A stretch of 64,000 nucleotides of DNA from Ranitomeya imitator (GCF_032444005.1 NC_091291.1:14384001-14448000); one strand, 5' to 3'. Positions 46,196-57,990 are shown, counted from the stretch's first letter. Numbers and translations: made by a program. Notes: a model not told the origin generated them from the sequence alone.

Positions 46196-46684
46196 ATGCA
46201 AATTCAGAGACGTAAAGGACATGAACGCTAGTGCCACCTTTTTGGAAATAGCAATCCTAAAAGTCAGTATTAACCTTTTGACAAGCCTTACCACATGACT
46301 TAGGATAAAAAACAGAATCTCTATTTGCCGAGACGTTTTAGCTGTGTTGACCCTCCTTAGTGCAAAGCAGGAGATTGATGTGGCTGTAAGAGAGACCTCT
46401 GACTGGGGTCTAAGGGATGTTTCTCCTTGTGGAGAGCGACATGCCTGATATGCCACGTTAAAGGGCCATATAGGCCATGCAATCCTCCTCTAGGTAAATA
46501 AATACGCAAATTGCCTCTTTAGAGAGGAAGAAGATAAACTCTAGTGACACTAATTGGAAGTACCAATCCTAAAAGTCAATATAAATCCTTTATCAAGCCT
46601 TGCAACATAACTTAGGATAAAAGCCAAAGCAGAATCTCAATTTGCAGACACGTGTTTCGGGGTGTTTGCCTCTCCTCAGTGCAA
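46196..46684 (-). mobile_element. Retrozyme/Penelope-derived 1.5-mer repeat (unit about 310-320 bp) with two hammerhead positions
   Basis: 46196-46365 repeats at 46504-46684; a decayed hammerhead copy lies at 46324-46365. Confidence 0.6.
46642..46684 (-). ncRNA. Minimal type I hammerhead ribozyme with intact catalytic core
   Basis: uugca-CUGAGGA-gagg caaaca cccc-GAAA-c acgu g-UC|ugcaa: 5-bp stem I, all core nucleotides, GUC cleavage triplet, palindromic stem III ACACGUGU. Confidence 0.75.
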
Positions 46685-47072
46685 TTCATAACTGGATTTA
46701 TTCATAGGTTTTCTACATCAGGCAGTTGTCTTGCTGTCCATAGTATTATAATACTTAGCGTCCATACTCTTACATTATTTTATGTGAACCCCACATATTT
46801 CAGGTCTCATATATTACACAGTTAACAGGCTTTGATTATTTTGTGTCTTGTAAATCAGCAGTATATTCTAGTGCCTATACCCTGTATTGTGCTGTAACCC
46901 AATATGTGAAGTCAACCATGAAATATAAGCTACCCAGTTCTAGCTTCCAACTGGTTGAGTATTACCATTGACATACAGCTACAATAATGGCTCAAAAAAG
47001 TGGAAAATAGTTCCTGAATATGTTCTTTATCTCCTTTTTTTATTGTGACTTTGTATGCTCTTTATTTTCTAG

Positions 47073-47183
47073 GTGGTGGTTCTAGTAGTGGACTGGACGG
47101 TGGGGCGATCGCCGGGATTGTTATAGGAGTACTTGCTGGTGTTGCATTAATAGGAGTCATCGCATTCTTCATATTGAAGAAAC
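47073..47183 (+). CDS. Gene A transmembrane exon GGGSSSGLDGGAIAGIVIGVLAGVALIGVIAFFILKK
   Basis: ctttattttctag acceptor, gtatgt donor, 111 bp phase 1/1; about 23 hydrophobic residues followed by KK. Missed by the ORF track. Confidence 0.9.
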
Positions 47184-47265
47184 GTATGTACCCGTTACGT
47201 TGTGTATAGCTGTATCTACTGTATTAACGTTCAAATAGAATTTTTTCGTTGTTTCCCGTTTTTAA

Positions 47266-48539
47266 CCCCTTTCTGACCTCGGATGGGATAGTACGTCCAA
47301 GGTCAGATCCCCTGCTTTGATGTAGGGCTCCGCGGTGAGCCCGCACCAAAGCCGGGACATGTCAGCTGTTTTGAACAGCTGACATGTGCCCGTAATAGGC
47401 GCGGGCAGAATCGCGATCTGCCCGCGCCTATTAACTAGTTAATTGCCGCTGTCAAACGCAAACAGCGGCATTTAGCTACCGCATCCGGCCGGAAATGACG
47501 GCATCACCGACCCCCATCACATCATCGGGGGTCGGCGATGCGTCTCCATTGTAACCATAGAGGTCCTAGAGACCTCTATGGTTACTGATCGCCGGTAGCT
47601 GTGAGTGCCACCCTGTGGTCGGCGCTCACAGCACACCTCCATTTCTGCTACATAGCAGCGATCATCAGATCGCTGCTATGTAGCAGAGCCGATCGCGTTG
47701 TGCCTGCTTCTAGCCTCCCATGGAGGATATTGAAGCATGGCAAAAGTAAAAAAAAAAAGTTAAAATAAATGTGAAAAAAATAAAAAAAATATAAAAGTTT
47801 AAATCACCCCCCTTTCGCCCCAATCAAAATAAATCAATAAAAAAAAATCAAATCTACACATATTTGTTATCGCCGTGCTCAGAATCGCCCGATCTATCAA
47901 TTAAAAAAAAGCATTAACCTGATCGCTAAACGGCGTAGCGAGAAAAAAATTCGAAACGCCAGAATTACATTTTTTAGGTCGCCGCGACATTGCATTAAAA
48001 TGCAATAACGGGCGATCAAAAGAACGTATCTGCACCAAAATGGTATAATTAAAAATGACATCTCGGCACGCAAAAAATAAGCCCTCAACCGACCCCAGAT
48101 CACGAAAAATAGAGACGCTATGAGTATCGGAAAATGGCGCAATTTTTTTTTTTTTTTCTAGCAAAGTTTGGAATTTGTTTTCACCACTTAGATAAAAAAT
48201 AACCCAGTCATGTTTGGTGTCTATGAACTCGTACTGACCTGGAGAATCATAATGGCAGGTCAGTTTTAGCATTTAGTGAACCTCGCAAAAAAGCCAAACA
48301 AAAAACCAGTGTGTGAGATTGCACTTTTTTTGCAATTTCACCGCATTTGGAATTTTTTCCCGGTTTCTAGTACATGACATGCTAAAACCAATGATGTCGT
48401 TCAAAAGTACAAGTCGTCCCGCAAAAAATAAGCCCTCACATGACCATATTGACGGAAAAATAAAAAAGTTATGGCTGTGGGAAGGAGGGAAGTGAAAAAC
48501 GAACGCGGAAAAATGAAAAATCCCAAGGTCATGAAGGGG
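47266..48539. mobile_element. Non-autonomous piggyBac-like element
   Basis: TTAA|CCCCTTTCTGACC ... GGTCATGAAGGGG|TTAA. Confidence 0.8.
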
Positions 48540-48543
48540 TTAA

Positions 48544-48838
48544 AGGGACACTGTCACCTGAATTTGGAGGGAACAATCTTCAGCCATGGAGGCGGGGTTT
48601 TGGGGCTTTTGATTCACCCTTTCCTTACCTGCTGGCTGCAATATTGGATTGCAGTTCATTCTCTGTCCTCCGTAGTACACGCCTGCGCAAGGCAAGATTA
48701 CCTGTACTACGGAGGACAGAGAATGAACTTCAATCCAATATTGCAGCCAGCGGGTAAGGAAAGGGTGAATCAAAAGCCCCAAAACCCCGCCTCCATGGCT
48801 GAAGATTGTTCCCTCCAAATTCAGGTGACAGTGTCCCT
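48544..48838. mobile_element. Near-perfect palindromic TTAA MITE (295 bp)
   Basis: TTAA|AGGGACACTGTCACC ... GGTGACAGTGTCCCT|TTAA; arms of about 130 bp. Confidence 0.9.
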
Positions 48839-49025
48839 TTAATGTCAGTAATTCTAGATTATTGCTTCAGTGATTGTCTACATTAAAGCATTGCTGAGTA
48901 ACCCTTCTTTGATATATGTAATCTGAAAGCTAGCAGATACTTGCAAATTGCAGTTAATATACAAATATTAATTTATTGCGCATTTTTATTGTATTATATC
49001 TATTTTTTATTCATTATTTAATCAG

Positions 49026-49105
49026 GTAAAATCCCAGAAGCAGCATATGAAGATCCAGATTTTCCAACACCACACGTTTATGAAACTAAACTTCCAGAAA
49101 TAACG
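49026..49105 (+). CDS. Gene A cytoplasmic exon RKIPEAAYEDPDFPTPHVYETKLPEIT
   Basis: T-rich acceptor ending atcag, donor ACG|gtaatg, 80 bp phase 1/0; in frame with the TM exon; two tyrosine motifs. Confidence 0.7.
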
Positions 49106-49278
49106 GTAATGTGTGATGTAGCAATTGGGATAAAAATTAACTTTTATTATAAACGTTTATAAAAATATATATATGAGCTGCGCAACCCAAAGTGCATAAG
49201 ACAAACATACATAAAATCGTATGATATACCAAGCGTTTGCGCGTAGTCACCGCTATTCTATTGGAACATGAATCCTCC

Positions 49279-49626
49279 TAGCATGAGAGGTGACTACCAA
49301 GGAAGGTGACGGGCACAAGGGGGCATTCTTTGCGTCTGGAGGAGAGAAGGTTTTTCCACCAACATAGAAGAGGATTCTTTACTGTTAGGGCAGTGAGAAT
49401 CTGGAATTGCGTGCCTGAGGAGGTGGTGATGGCGAACTCAGTCGAGGGGTTCAAGAGAGGCCTGGATGTCTTCCTGGAGCAGAACAATATTGTATCATAC
49501 AATTATTAGGTTCTGTAGAAGGACGTAGATCTGGGGATTTATTATGATGGAATATAGGCTGAACTGGATGGACAAATGTCTTTTTTCGGCCTTACTAACT
49601 ATGTTACTATGTTACTATGTTACTAT
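49279..49626 (+). mobile_element. CR1 LINE 3' fragment
   Basis: TRGHSLRLEERRF..RRGFFTVRAVRIWN..PEEVV; ends in (CTATGTTA)n octamer tail. Confidence 0.85.
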
Positions 49627-49628
49627 AT

Positions 49629-49816
49629 GGCCGGGATCACACATACGCAAGATACGGCCGAGTCAGGTGAAAACTCAGGTCTGGCGCCGGCACTCCGGAG
49701 CAGAGCTTGCAGCTCCATGTATTGCTGTGCAGCTGCATGCTCCGCTCCGGAGTGCCGGCGCCAGACCTGAGTTTTCACCTGACTCGGCCGTATCTCGCGT
49801 ATGTGTGATCCCGGCC
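49629..49816. mobile_element. Palindromic MITE inserted at the CR1 tail
   Basis: GGCCGGGATCACACATACGC ... GCGTATGTGTGATCCCGGCC. Confidence 0.85.
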
Positions 49817-50088
49817 TAATGTCTATACTATACACAGCACTTATGTATCAATCAAGATCACGTGCTGAATATCCAATTAACTCTATATTTGCTCAACGGA
49901 GACCTAGTAATTCCAGCCCAGGTAGAAGTGCTGAAAAACATAAATCTGATAAGTACAAACATTCCACCACGCAGGCCACCGGTTCAAGGTGAAATTGATG
50001 GGCTAATCAACTGGTGTGGGTGTATACAATAGTCTTAGTTCTCCTTCTCAGGTTTTATGATAGAGATAATGGTGGAAAATTCAGTATA

Positions 50089-50845
50089 CAGTCGTAACCA
50101 GAATTTTCCATCTACTATATAAAAAGACACATCTGCAGGTTTTTCTCAATTTCTGACATGAAATGAGAATAAACCTTTCCCGTGTAAGGTCAATTAGGAT
50201 TACCATAATTATTCATATTTGCCAAATGCCAGAATAATGAAAGATAGAGAATGGTTTAAGGATTTTTATGACATACTGCAAAGTCAAAAGTTTACAGACA
50301 TTAAGATTACTATGGATTTAAACAATTCTGGAATGTCCATATGATGATGTCATGTGTTTGATAGTTTTTTTGACAACATCTGAGTTAATTAGAGACACAC
50401 GTGGGTGTATTTTAATGCACACCTGAAACACACTGCTTCTTTGTGTAGCATCATGGGAAAGTCTCAAGAAATCAGCCACGATATCAGGAAGATAATTGTG
50501 GACTTTCACAAGTCTGGCTCATCCTTGGGTACAATTTCAAGATACCTGAGGATGCCTAATTCATCTGTACAAACAATTATACGCAAGTACAAACAAGCTA
50601 GCAATGTGCAGTCATCATACTGCTCAGGAAGGAGATGGGTACTGTGTCCCAGAGATGAACTTGCTTTGGTCCGATATGTGCATATTAACACAAGGACAAA
50701 AGCAAATGACTTTGTGAAGATTATGGCGGAAGTTGGTAAGATTGTGTCAATATCCACAGAGAAATGAGCACTGTATCAACATGGGCTGAAAGGCCACTCT
50801 GCCACAAAGAAGCCATTACTCCAAAAGGAACAAAAAAACAAACAG
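50089..50845 (+). mobile_element. Tc1-like transposon 5' remnant
   Basis: TA|CAGTCG start; MGKSQEISHDIRKIIVDFHKSG..SVQTIIRKYK..SGR from 50453, with a premature stop. Confidence 0.8.
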
Positions 50846-51358
50846 ATTAATATTTGTTGGCCAGCATAACTACATGTGGGGGTTGCCTGGTTTATAGGGA
50901 ATCCCCACATGTACTTATGCTGGCTATCAGATGTAAATCATTCAGATGCGTCAATAAAAACGACATTTCCGAGCACTAAAGAATACTCGAAGGACCCCCA
51001 AGCATGCTCGGGAAATCTCGAGTAACGAGTATATTCACTCATCACCTTTTTTTTTTAGTATTTAGCGCAGATAAACTTGCAGCAACTTTATTAACCTAGG
51101 GGGTAAAAATAGCTCCACAGTAAAGAAATTTTTTTTTTCCATTCGTTTCAAGGAGAACAAAACACCACCAAGAAAGGAAGAAGGAAATTATCAGGTAACC
51201 TAATTTATTGGGGTAGGGTTTTTTTTTGTCTGCTTTAGAAAAATATATACCTGGCCGGATCATAGAGGGAATATACACATAGTGCAGAGATGGCCAAAAA
51301 GATTTGTTGTTATCATACAGTAAATCCATGAAAGACCACAAGTCTCTCCAATAATCAG

Positions 51359-51478
51359 AGATATCATCAACTCATAAGACGGAGACAGAAAGATGCCCAA
51401 AAATACAGTGCCAAACACAGTGATCCGCAACACAGTGCCTCAAATACAATGAACCCAACCCATTATACAATGCTGTAG
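51359..51478 (+). CDS. Candidate terminal exon of gene A (RYHQL...PTHYTML*)
   Basis: Phase-0 CAG at 51356-51358 fits the 49105 donor, and the frame has two YxxL motifs. The acceptor is mediocre and the sequence is partly repetitive (cacagtg). Confidence 0.2.
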   Translation, partial: RYHQLIRRRQKDAQKYSAKHSDPQHSASNTMNPTHYTML

Positions 51479-51679
51479 ATAAGCACTGAAAGGCCGTGGC
51501 CGTAACTCATATCGGCCAAACCTGGTGACAGGCTCGCATTAAGGAAGTGGGTAGTAATAAAAGATTATTTAATCCGGATTGATGCGTAGACTACCGTAAT
51601 TTTTCCCAATTTGACCTCAACCAAATGTTAGTCTTACTGAAGCCACGGTCCTATATTGGGTGAAAAGGATGGATATAAT

Positions 51680-52120
51680 ATTGGGAGCTGCTGGTGATGA
51701 CCCAGCTTTCATGGTCTATGTGGGAACCAACAGCCGAGAACATGGAAGGACTCGGAATGTAAGAATAGTTTTAAATAACAAGAGTCCAAGCTGAAGGACA
51801 GGGCCTTCAATGTCGTATCCTATGCATTTCTGCCTGTGGCATCTTCAGTTCTGGAACAACGCTGGGAGCTTAGGGTGTTTGTTAAATCTATGGAATAGGC
51901 TTATACTAGATTCCTTGATAGGGCGTTGATCCAGGGAACTAGTCTGATTGCCGTATGTGGAGTCGGGAAGGAATTTCTTTTTCCCCAATGTGGAGCTTAC
52001 TCTTTGCCACATGGTTTTTTTTTGCCTTCCTCTGGATCAACATGTTGGGGCATGTTAGGTTAGGCGATGGGTTGAACTAGATGGACGTAAAGTCTTCCTG
52101 CAACGTTAATAACTATGTTA
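51680..52120 (+). mobile_element. Rearranged CR1 remnant
   Basis: DPAFMVYVGTN (ORF1 esterase-like) at about 51700; CR1 3' UTR ending aactatgtta at about 52110-52120. Confidence 0.55.
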
Positions 52121-52569
52121 ACGTGGTTTTGTCATCTCTATAAATTGTGGCATACTGTCAAAAAAATGGAAGGGGCCTCAAGTTTGCAATCCAATGAATC
52201 TAGGAGGGCGACAAAGCACTCAAGAAGACCGAGGTCCCCTCATTCTCAGAAATGGTGAGGGTCATATAAGTTGGGCCTCCAGTGATCCGAAGTGATTCTA
52301 CCCCAGTGTTATGGTTTTCCTTACCTAGATGGGAACATAGCTTTGAATTTTGGCGTAAGGTGAAGAATTTAGGAATGAGAAGTGAGGATAAATGAAAATA
52401 TAGACGGTCAAAGAGGGTCAGACTATATTGGTGGGTGGACGCTGACGGTATTGATGGCAGCGGATAGGGAGATCAAGGTGTACAAACCTGTACTGAAGGA
52501 AAATGTCTGCACAATGGAAAGAAATTGCGTTAATCAAACTGAAAGCGGAACACTCCCTGACGACTTTAT

Positions 52570-52990
52570 GTGTACAATGGCCAACGCCAGAAGTTTAGGA
52601 AACAAAATGAGAACTGGGTGCTGGAGGATCTGAAACAGGATATTATTAAGTTACCGTCTTGTGAGCTGTTTTGCAAAGAAAGTCATGTAAACGCAATGAT
52701 TTGTGCTCGCCTCTCATTACTGATTCGTTTTTTCCCCTCCATTACAGGAATTAACACATGGCAATAAATCAGTATACCACACTGTGATGCCAGGCGCTGG
52801 AAGATAACCGAAATAATATAGCACAAGCAGTGCGCCCCTCTACGGTCCATTATCTGCTCTGCTACAATGTACCGTCTCCTCCCGTTGTACAAAGTCTTTG
52901 CAATGGATTTTGCGATGTTATGTAACTACCGCTTTCTTGGGAAATTCCAAAAGTGAGCAAAACTACAAAGCGAGCGCAGAATTGTAGCTT
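52570..52990 (+). mobile_element. Decayed CR1 endonuclease fragment
   Basis: ANARSLGNKM resembles the CR1 ORF2 start motif (TNARSLGNK). Confidence 0.4.
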
Positions 52991-53309
52991 TTTTTTTGTC
53001 CTTGGAGCTTGTGAACACCTTAAATCTTGAACCGTTTGTATTTTTTATGGTACGTCACTTTGATTTAATAAAATAAAATTGTATTTACTTTATTTTTTTT
53101 TTATATATATATATACTTACACAAAATGAATTTGTCTGATAAGGAGAGGGGTTTTTGCATTTTTTTTCTGATATTTGTTTACAATTCATTTTATTACTAT
53201 GCAATGGCTAGAATTACATGACGGGCAGTTGTTAGGGTTTGCTGTAACCGAGGTTAATGTAGGTAAACCCTAGAGACCTTTATAAAGCTCAGGAATCACA
53301 AGTTAATAG

Positions 53310-53537
53310 TTATGAGTGAACGTGTTTGGATAAGGCGTTATCTGAGCATGCTCGGGTGCTAATAGAGTGTCTTCGGCGTGCTCGAAAAATAGGTTTGAGT
53401 CCTAGCGACTGCATGTCTCGCAGCTGTTTTACAGAGAAGAGGACTCAGATTTATTTTTCGAGCACGCCAAAGACACTAGATTAGCACCCGAGCATGCTCA
53501 GATAACGCCTTATCATAGCACATTCACTCATCAGTAC
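53310..53537. mobile_element. Palindromic MITE
   Basis: gataaggcgttatctgagcatgctcgggtgcta ... tagcacccgagcatgctcagataacgccttatc. Confidence 0.8.
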
Positions 53538-53836
53538 TAGTTAAACCTTAGGTCCTGGTGATTAGTATAACCAGCTTCCAATGTGGAACATGTGAGGTGG
53601 CTGCTGCCAAGTGATTTAAGTATAAAGCACCTGCACAGGTCTGTTATTTACGGCCATAATACGCAGAAAATAGTGGTCCGTAGCTCCTCCGTAGGCAGGG
53701 TGTGTCAGCGTATTTTGCGCATGGCATCCTCCGTATGTAATCCGTATGGCAGCCGTACTGCGAGATTTTCTTGCAGGCTTGCAAAACGGACATACAATGG
53801 ATCCATGGGCTCAAATAATCGTAAAAACATATATAC

Positions 53837-53837
<1 letters not shown>

Positions 53838-53872
<35 letters not shown>
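53838..53872. repeat. (TA)n microsatellite within a larger repeat element
   Basis: Direct reading. Confidence 0.9.
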
Positions 53873-53876
<4 letters not shown>

Positions 53877-54747
53877 TGAGACACACATATATATATATAT
53901 TAATATTTCATACAGCGCTAGATAGTTAGTAGTGTGTATGTGCAAAATTTGGGCACTCTAGCTATTAAATTAAAGGGTTAAATCGCGGAAAAAATTGTCG
54001 TGGGCTCCCGCGCAATTTTCTCCTCCAGAATGGTAAAGCCAGTGACTGAGGGCAGATATTAATAGCCTGGAGAGGGTCCACGGTTATTGCCCCCCCCCCC
54101 CGGCTAAAAACATCTGCCCCCAGCCACCCCAGAAAAGGCACATCTGGAAGATGCGCCTATTCTGGCACTTGGCCACTCTCTTCCCATTCCCGTGTAGCGG
54201 TGGGATATGGGGTAATGAAGGGTTAATGTCACCTTGCTATTGTATGGTGACATTAAGCCAGATTAATAATGGAGAGGCGTCAATTATGACACCTATCCAT
54301 TATTAATCCAACAACATGAAATGGTTAAAAAAACACACACACATTATTGCAAAGTATTTTAATGAAATAAATACACAGGTTGTTGTAATATTTTATTATA
54401 CTGGTAATCCACCTGAAGACCCTTGTCACCTGAAACAAATGTAAACAAAACAAACAACAATATTCCATACCTTCCGACGATCAGTCTCGTCCCACGCTGT
54501 AAATCCATCTGAAAGGGTTAACTAATTTTACAAGCAGAAGCTCTGCTAATGCAGCTGTGCTCCTGCCTGTAAAAACCCGGTGAATGAATGGAATGTAGGT
54601 GAATGACCTGTAGTTACCTCGAGTTGCGGTGATGCGCCCTCTGCTGGATGAACTCATATAAACTCGAGCCTGGGAACTTTTCAGAATATTTTCCCAGGCA
54701 TTCGCAGGCTTCTGCTTGGAATATGTGTGACAATTCCCCAAAGTCAC

Positions 54748-55149
54748 AAGCCATCAAACAAAGAAGAACTGCTTACATTTTGGCGCCAAAAGCAGTGTGA
54801 AAGACTGGTGGAAAGCTGCCCAGACGCATGAAAGCTCTGAAAAATAAGGTTATTCCACACAATATTGATTTCTGAACTGTTCCTGAGTTAAAACATTACT
54901 ATTGTTGTGTCTAAATGATTACGAACTTGTTTTCTTTGCATTATTTGAGGTCTGAAAGCCCTGGGTTTTTCTTTTAATTTTAACCATTTTTCTTTCTCAG
55001 AAAAAAATACAAAATTTATTACTTGGAAATTCGGAGACCTGTCAGAAGTTTATAGAATAAAAGAATAATTTACAAAAATTATACCTAGAAAGAGAAAAAT
55101 CAGACAAACTGAACATTTTGCAGTGGCCTCTTCATTTTTGCCAGAGCTG
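54748..55149 (+). mobile_element. Tc1-like 3' remnant; related remnant at about 58790-58982
   Basis: KPSNKEELL.. C-terminal fragment and TIR ending GCCAGAGCTG|TA; the 58790-58982 copy encodes AAQSPDLNPIENLWN on the minus strand. Confidence 0.7.
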
Positions 55150-55643
55150 TATTTTTGGTGTAAGCTGGCGCAAGTTATACCCCAGTTCGGCCCACTTTGC
55201 TGGGTGAAACTGGCATGAAAACCATGCAAAACCATGAGTTGAATAAATCACGTTGAATGAACGTTTGGCAGGAACATAATCATGCTGACTTGATAATCAT
55301 GCTACCAAGTAATTCTTTTCATACAATGCATATATGTGAGGGACGAGGAAGGCCCCATAGCTTCTCCAGGGATCCCCCTCCTCTCCTGAAATGTGGCCTC
55401 CACACATATGTCAGTTATAATTATCTTTTTTTTTAATAAAATAATAAACATCACAAATCAGCAAATAAAATGGAAATACTTGGTGTTACTGTAATCTTAA
55501 TGACCCGCACAAAACAGCAATAAGATTATTTACGGGGATCGGTAAATGGCATAATACAAAAATGGCATGATTGATACTTTCATGAAAACTGTGCCCACTG
55601 TGCATCTAAAGACTCTGCTGAACTGTGCATTTTTGTTGCTTTT

Positions 55644-55669
55644 TTGTTGTTGTTGTTGTTGTTGTTGTT
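55644..55669. repeat. (TTG)n microsatellite
   Basis: Direct reading. Confidence 0.85.
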
Positions 55670-57944
55670 GCTTTTTTTTCTCTGGAGCCTAAAAAAATAT
55701 GAATAAAAAACTGCAGTTGCTTTTTAAGTGCAGAATCAAAGCTTTTCTGTGCTATAAAAAAACACATTAAAAATGCAGCTTTACATCTGCTCCAGAAACT
55801 CATCAAATAAGGGGAAGAAGATTGTTATTGTGTAGGTCGGTGTGGACACCAGCAGAAAAAAAAAACACATTATTTATGCTACATGTGAACACAGCCTGAT
55901 ACAATAAAGCCAGATGTCATGTAGTGAAGCTACATAAAGTTGAGAATGTTCTGGCGGCTAAAGCTGTGATTGAATGAACACAAAATAAATCCAAAAAGTC
56001 CCAACTAGAGATGAGCAGGACACACAGCTGGCTAATCAAAACCTGCGCCGGGGACGCCAGATGGTCAGAGATTTGCAGCCTCCTGTCCAGCCACCAGCTG
56101 CCACTGATCTAGACGCTGGACCAGAGACTCGTGAATTGATCCACTCATCTCTAGTCCCAACTGTTCCAGATACAGTGGACAGTACTTGGTCTGGTCTACA
56201 CCCTGCTGTCTTTGGCGTCTGCTGAATTTTTCTCACTGCCATCATCCCTCTGACATCTGCTCCTGCCAGGGGATAAAGGAAAGGTAAATGGGCAAAAATT
56301 GGGGCAGGGCCAGACTGGCCATCTGGCAATTCTGGGAAATGCCCGAAGGGACTGTTTGGTTATGGGCTGCCTTGTCTGCTACCTTGTTAACAGAATCGGT
56401 GCTCTCAAGACACCCATACTGTTAAGAGTTGTGATGGAGCTGCTGACTCCGTCACTTACCCCAGCAGGCCACGGGTATCAATAGAAATATTGATCTTGTA
56501 AAAAAACTTCCTTTCCTCTATCCAGGGTAGTATTAATAATATATCCCATCTGGTTCATGGGGATGGGGACAACATGGGCCTGTGTCAATTCAAATGTCAG
56601 GACTGAATTACATCCCCAGTCTGTACCAGGATTGGGGTGTGGCTTAGTACCCCACAAGTCACACTGTACATCCATGCACAAGGCACTGTAGTAGCAAGAA
56701 TGTAAATAAAAACGTGTTTTTCATCTTTTTTTATCAACTTTGTTGTGGAGATGCAGGGCACTGATATTATTGTTGCCAAATACACTAATTTTCTTATCAA
56801 TTTAATCAGGTTTTCATTTTGTTTATCTCTGTGGGCGTGTACTTTCACCCCACTATGACATTGTCCAATCATAAAAAGACAGCTTCCATAGAGAGGAAAA
56901 AGGACACGCCCACAGTTCTGACCAAAATGAAACATCCAAAGAGAAGGTCAGAACTGTGCCAGCGTGATCGTGCAAGACTTTATCTATCATCCCCTCCGGC
57001 ACTTGCTTTTAGTAAAGTGATGGGAGAGGCGGTGACTGCAACATCAGAGTGATGGAATAGCTGGAAGATGAAGGACTGTCACGGGATTAGCTGAGGACGA
57101 GGAGAGCAGACCTACTACAGGTAAATATCACACTGACACGGCACCTTCTTTATGGGTATTTCATTATCTTCAGAACTGTTGACGTCTACTTTTTCCTCCT
57201 TAAAATGCTTACTTCTTATAATTGGACAGTCATAGTGAGGTGAAAGTACAAACCCACAGAGCTAGATCAGATGTAATGCCCTGTTGATTGATAAGAAAAT
57301 TATTATACTTGTCATCAGTTATTTCAGTACTCTGTACCTCTATAATAAAGTGGAGAAACAAGAGCGATTCAATGTTTTCATGTACATGCTTAGTACTATG
57401 TACAGGAATATACTGTTCCTAAGGTCACAATTTGTGAATGGTTATCGTTAACTAGAGACAATAATTCTTCATGGAAACTATAAATGACTAGGTGAAATTA
57501 AAGTACTGTCTTAGCATAAAATTTGCCACAGAATTCCTCACACGCCACAGTATGTGTTCTTTATAGAGAAAATGGGAGGTAGGAAAAAAAAGGATGTTGA
57601 AGTGAAGCCAAAAAAGCCACTTTATTATTCAGAGAACATGGGCTATAATGACCACTCATTATAACTTTCTGAGAATCTGGGCAGCGATGCAAAATCTATA
57701 ACAGACCCATATTCCACACTGAACATGATCAAGTTCTGAATTAGCATCTTCCAATGTGGGAGAAGGTTCCTCTGGTTGAACATTTTTGGTTGAGATTCTT
57801 CGACTTTCCTCCCTTATACCGCCAGCAGAGGGCAGGTGGCACTGACGATACATGAGACGGAAGCTCATTAGAATAAATGTAGGACAGGAACTTTTAGAAG
57901 AATTCGAAGGTGGGATATTCTCCCCGATCCTTGGAGCCTCTGAG

Positions 57945-57990
57945 ATGAATCTCATATTACTACTGGGCGCTGTCTTATTCCTGGGCTTAG
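57945..57990 (+). CDS. Gene B signal-peptide exon
   Basis: Identical to 28534-28579; donor gtgaga. Confidence 0.85.

Noticed and set aside
48471-48842. Identical peptides on both strands
   Set aside because: Artefact of the palindromic MITE.
49836-49868. STYVSI ITIM-like peptide as gene A's last exon
   Set aside because: The only nearby AG (49836-49837) enters this frame in phase 2, incompatible with the phase-0 donor at 49105, and its upstream region is MITE/CR1.
56036-56681. Several 60-100 aa ORFs between genes A and B
   Set aside because: Only a faint ISDH endonuclease-like tetrapeptide in another frame; probably a decayed LINE, too weak to call.
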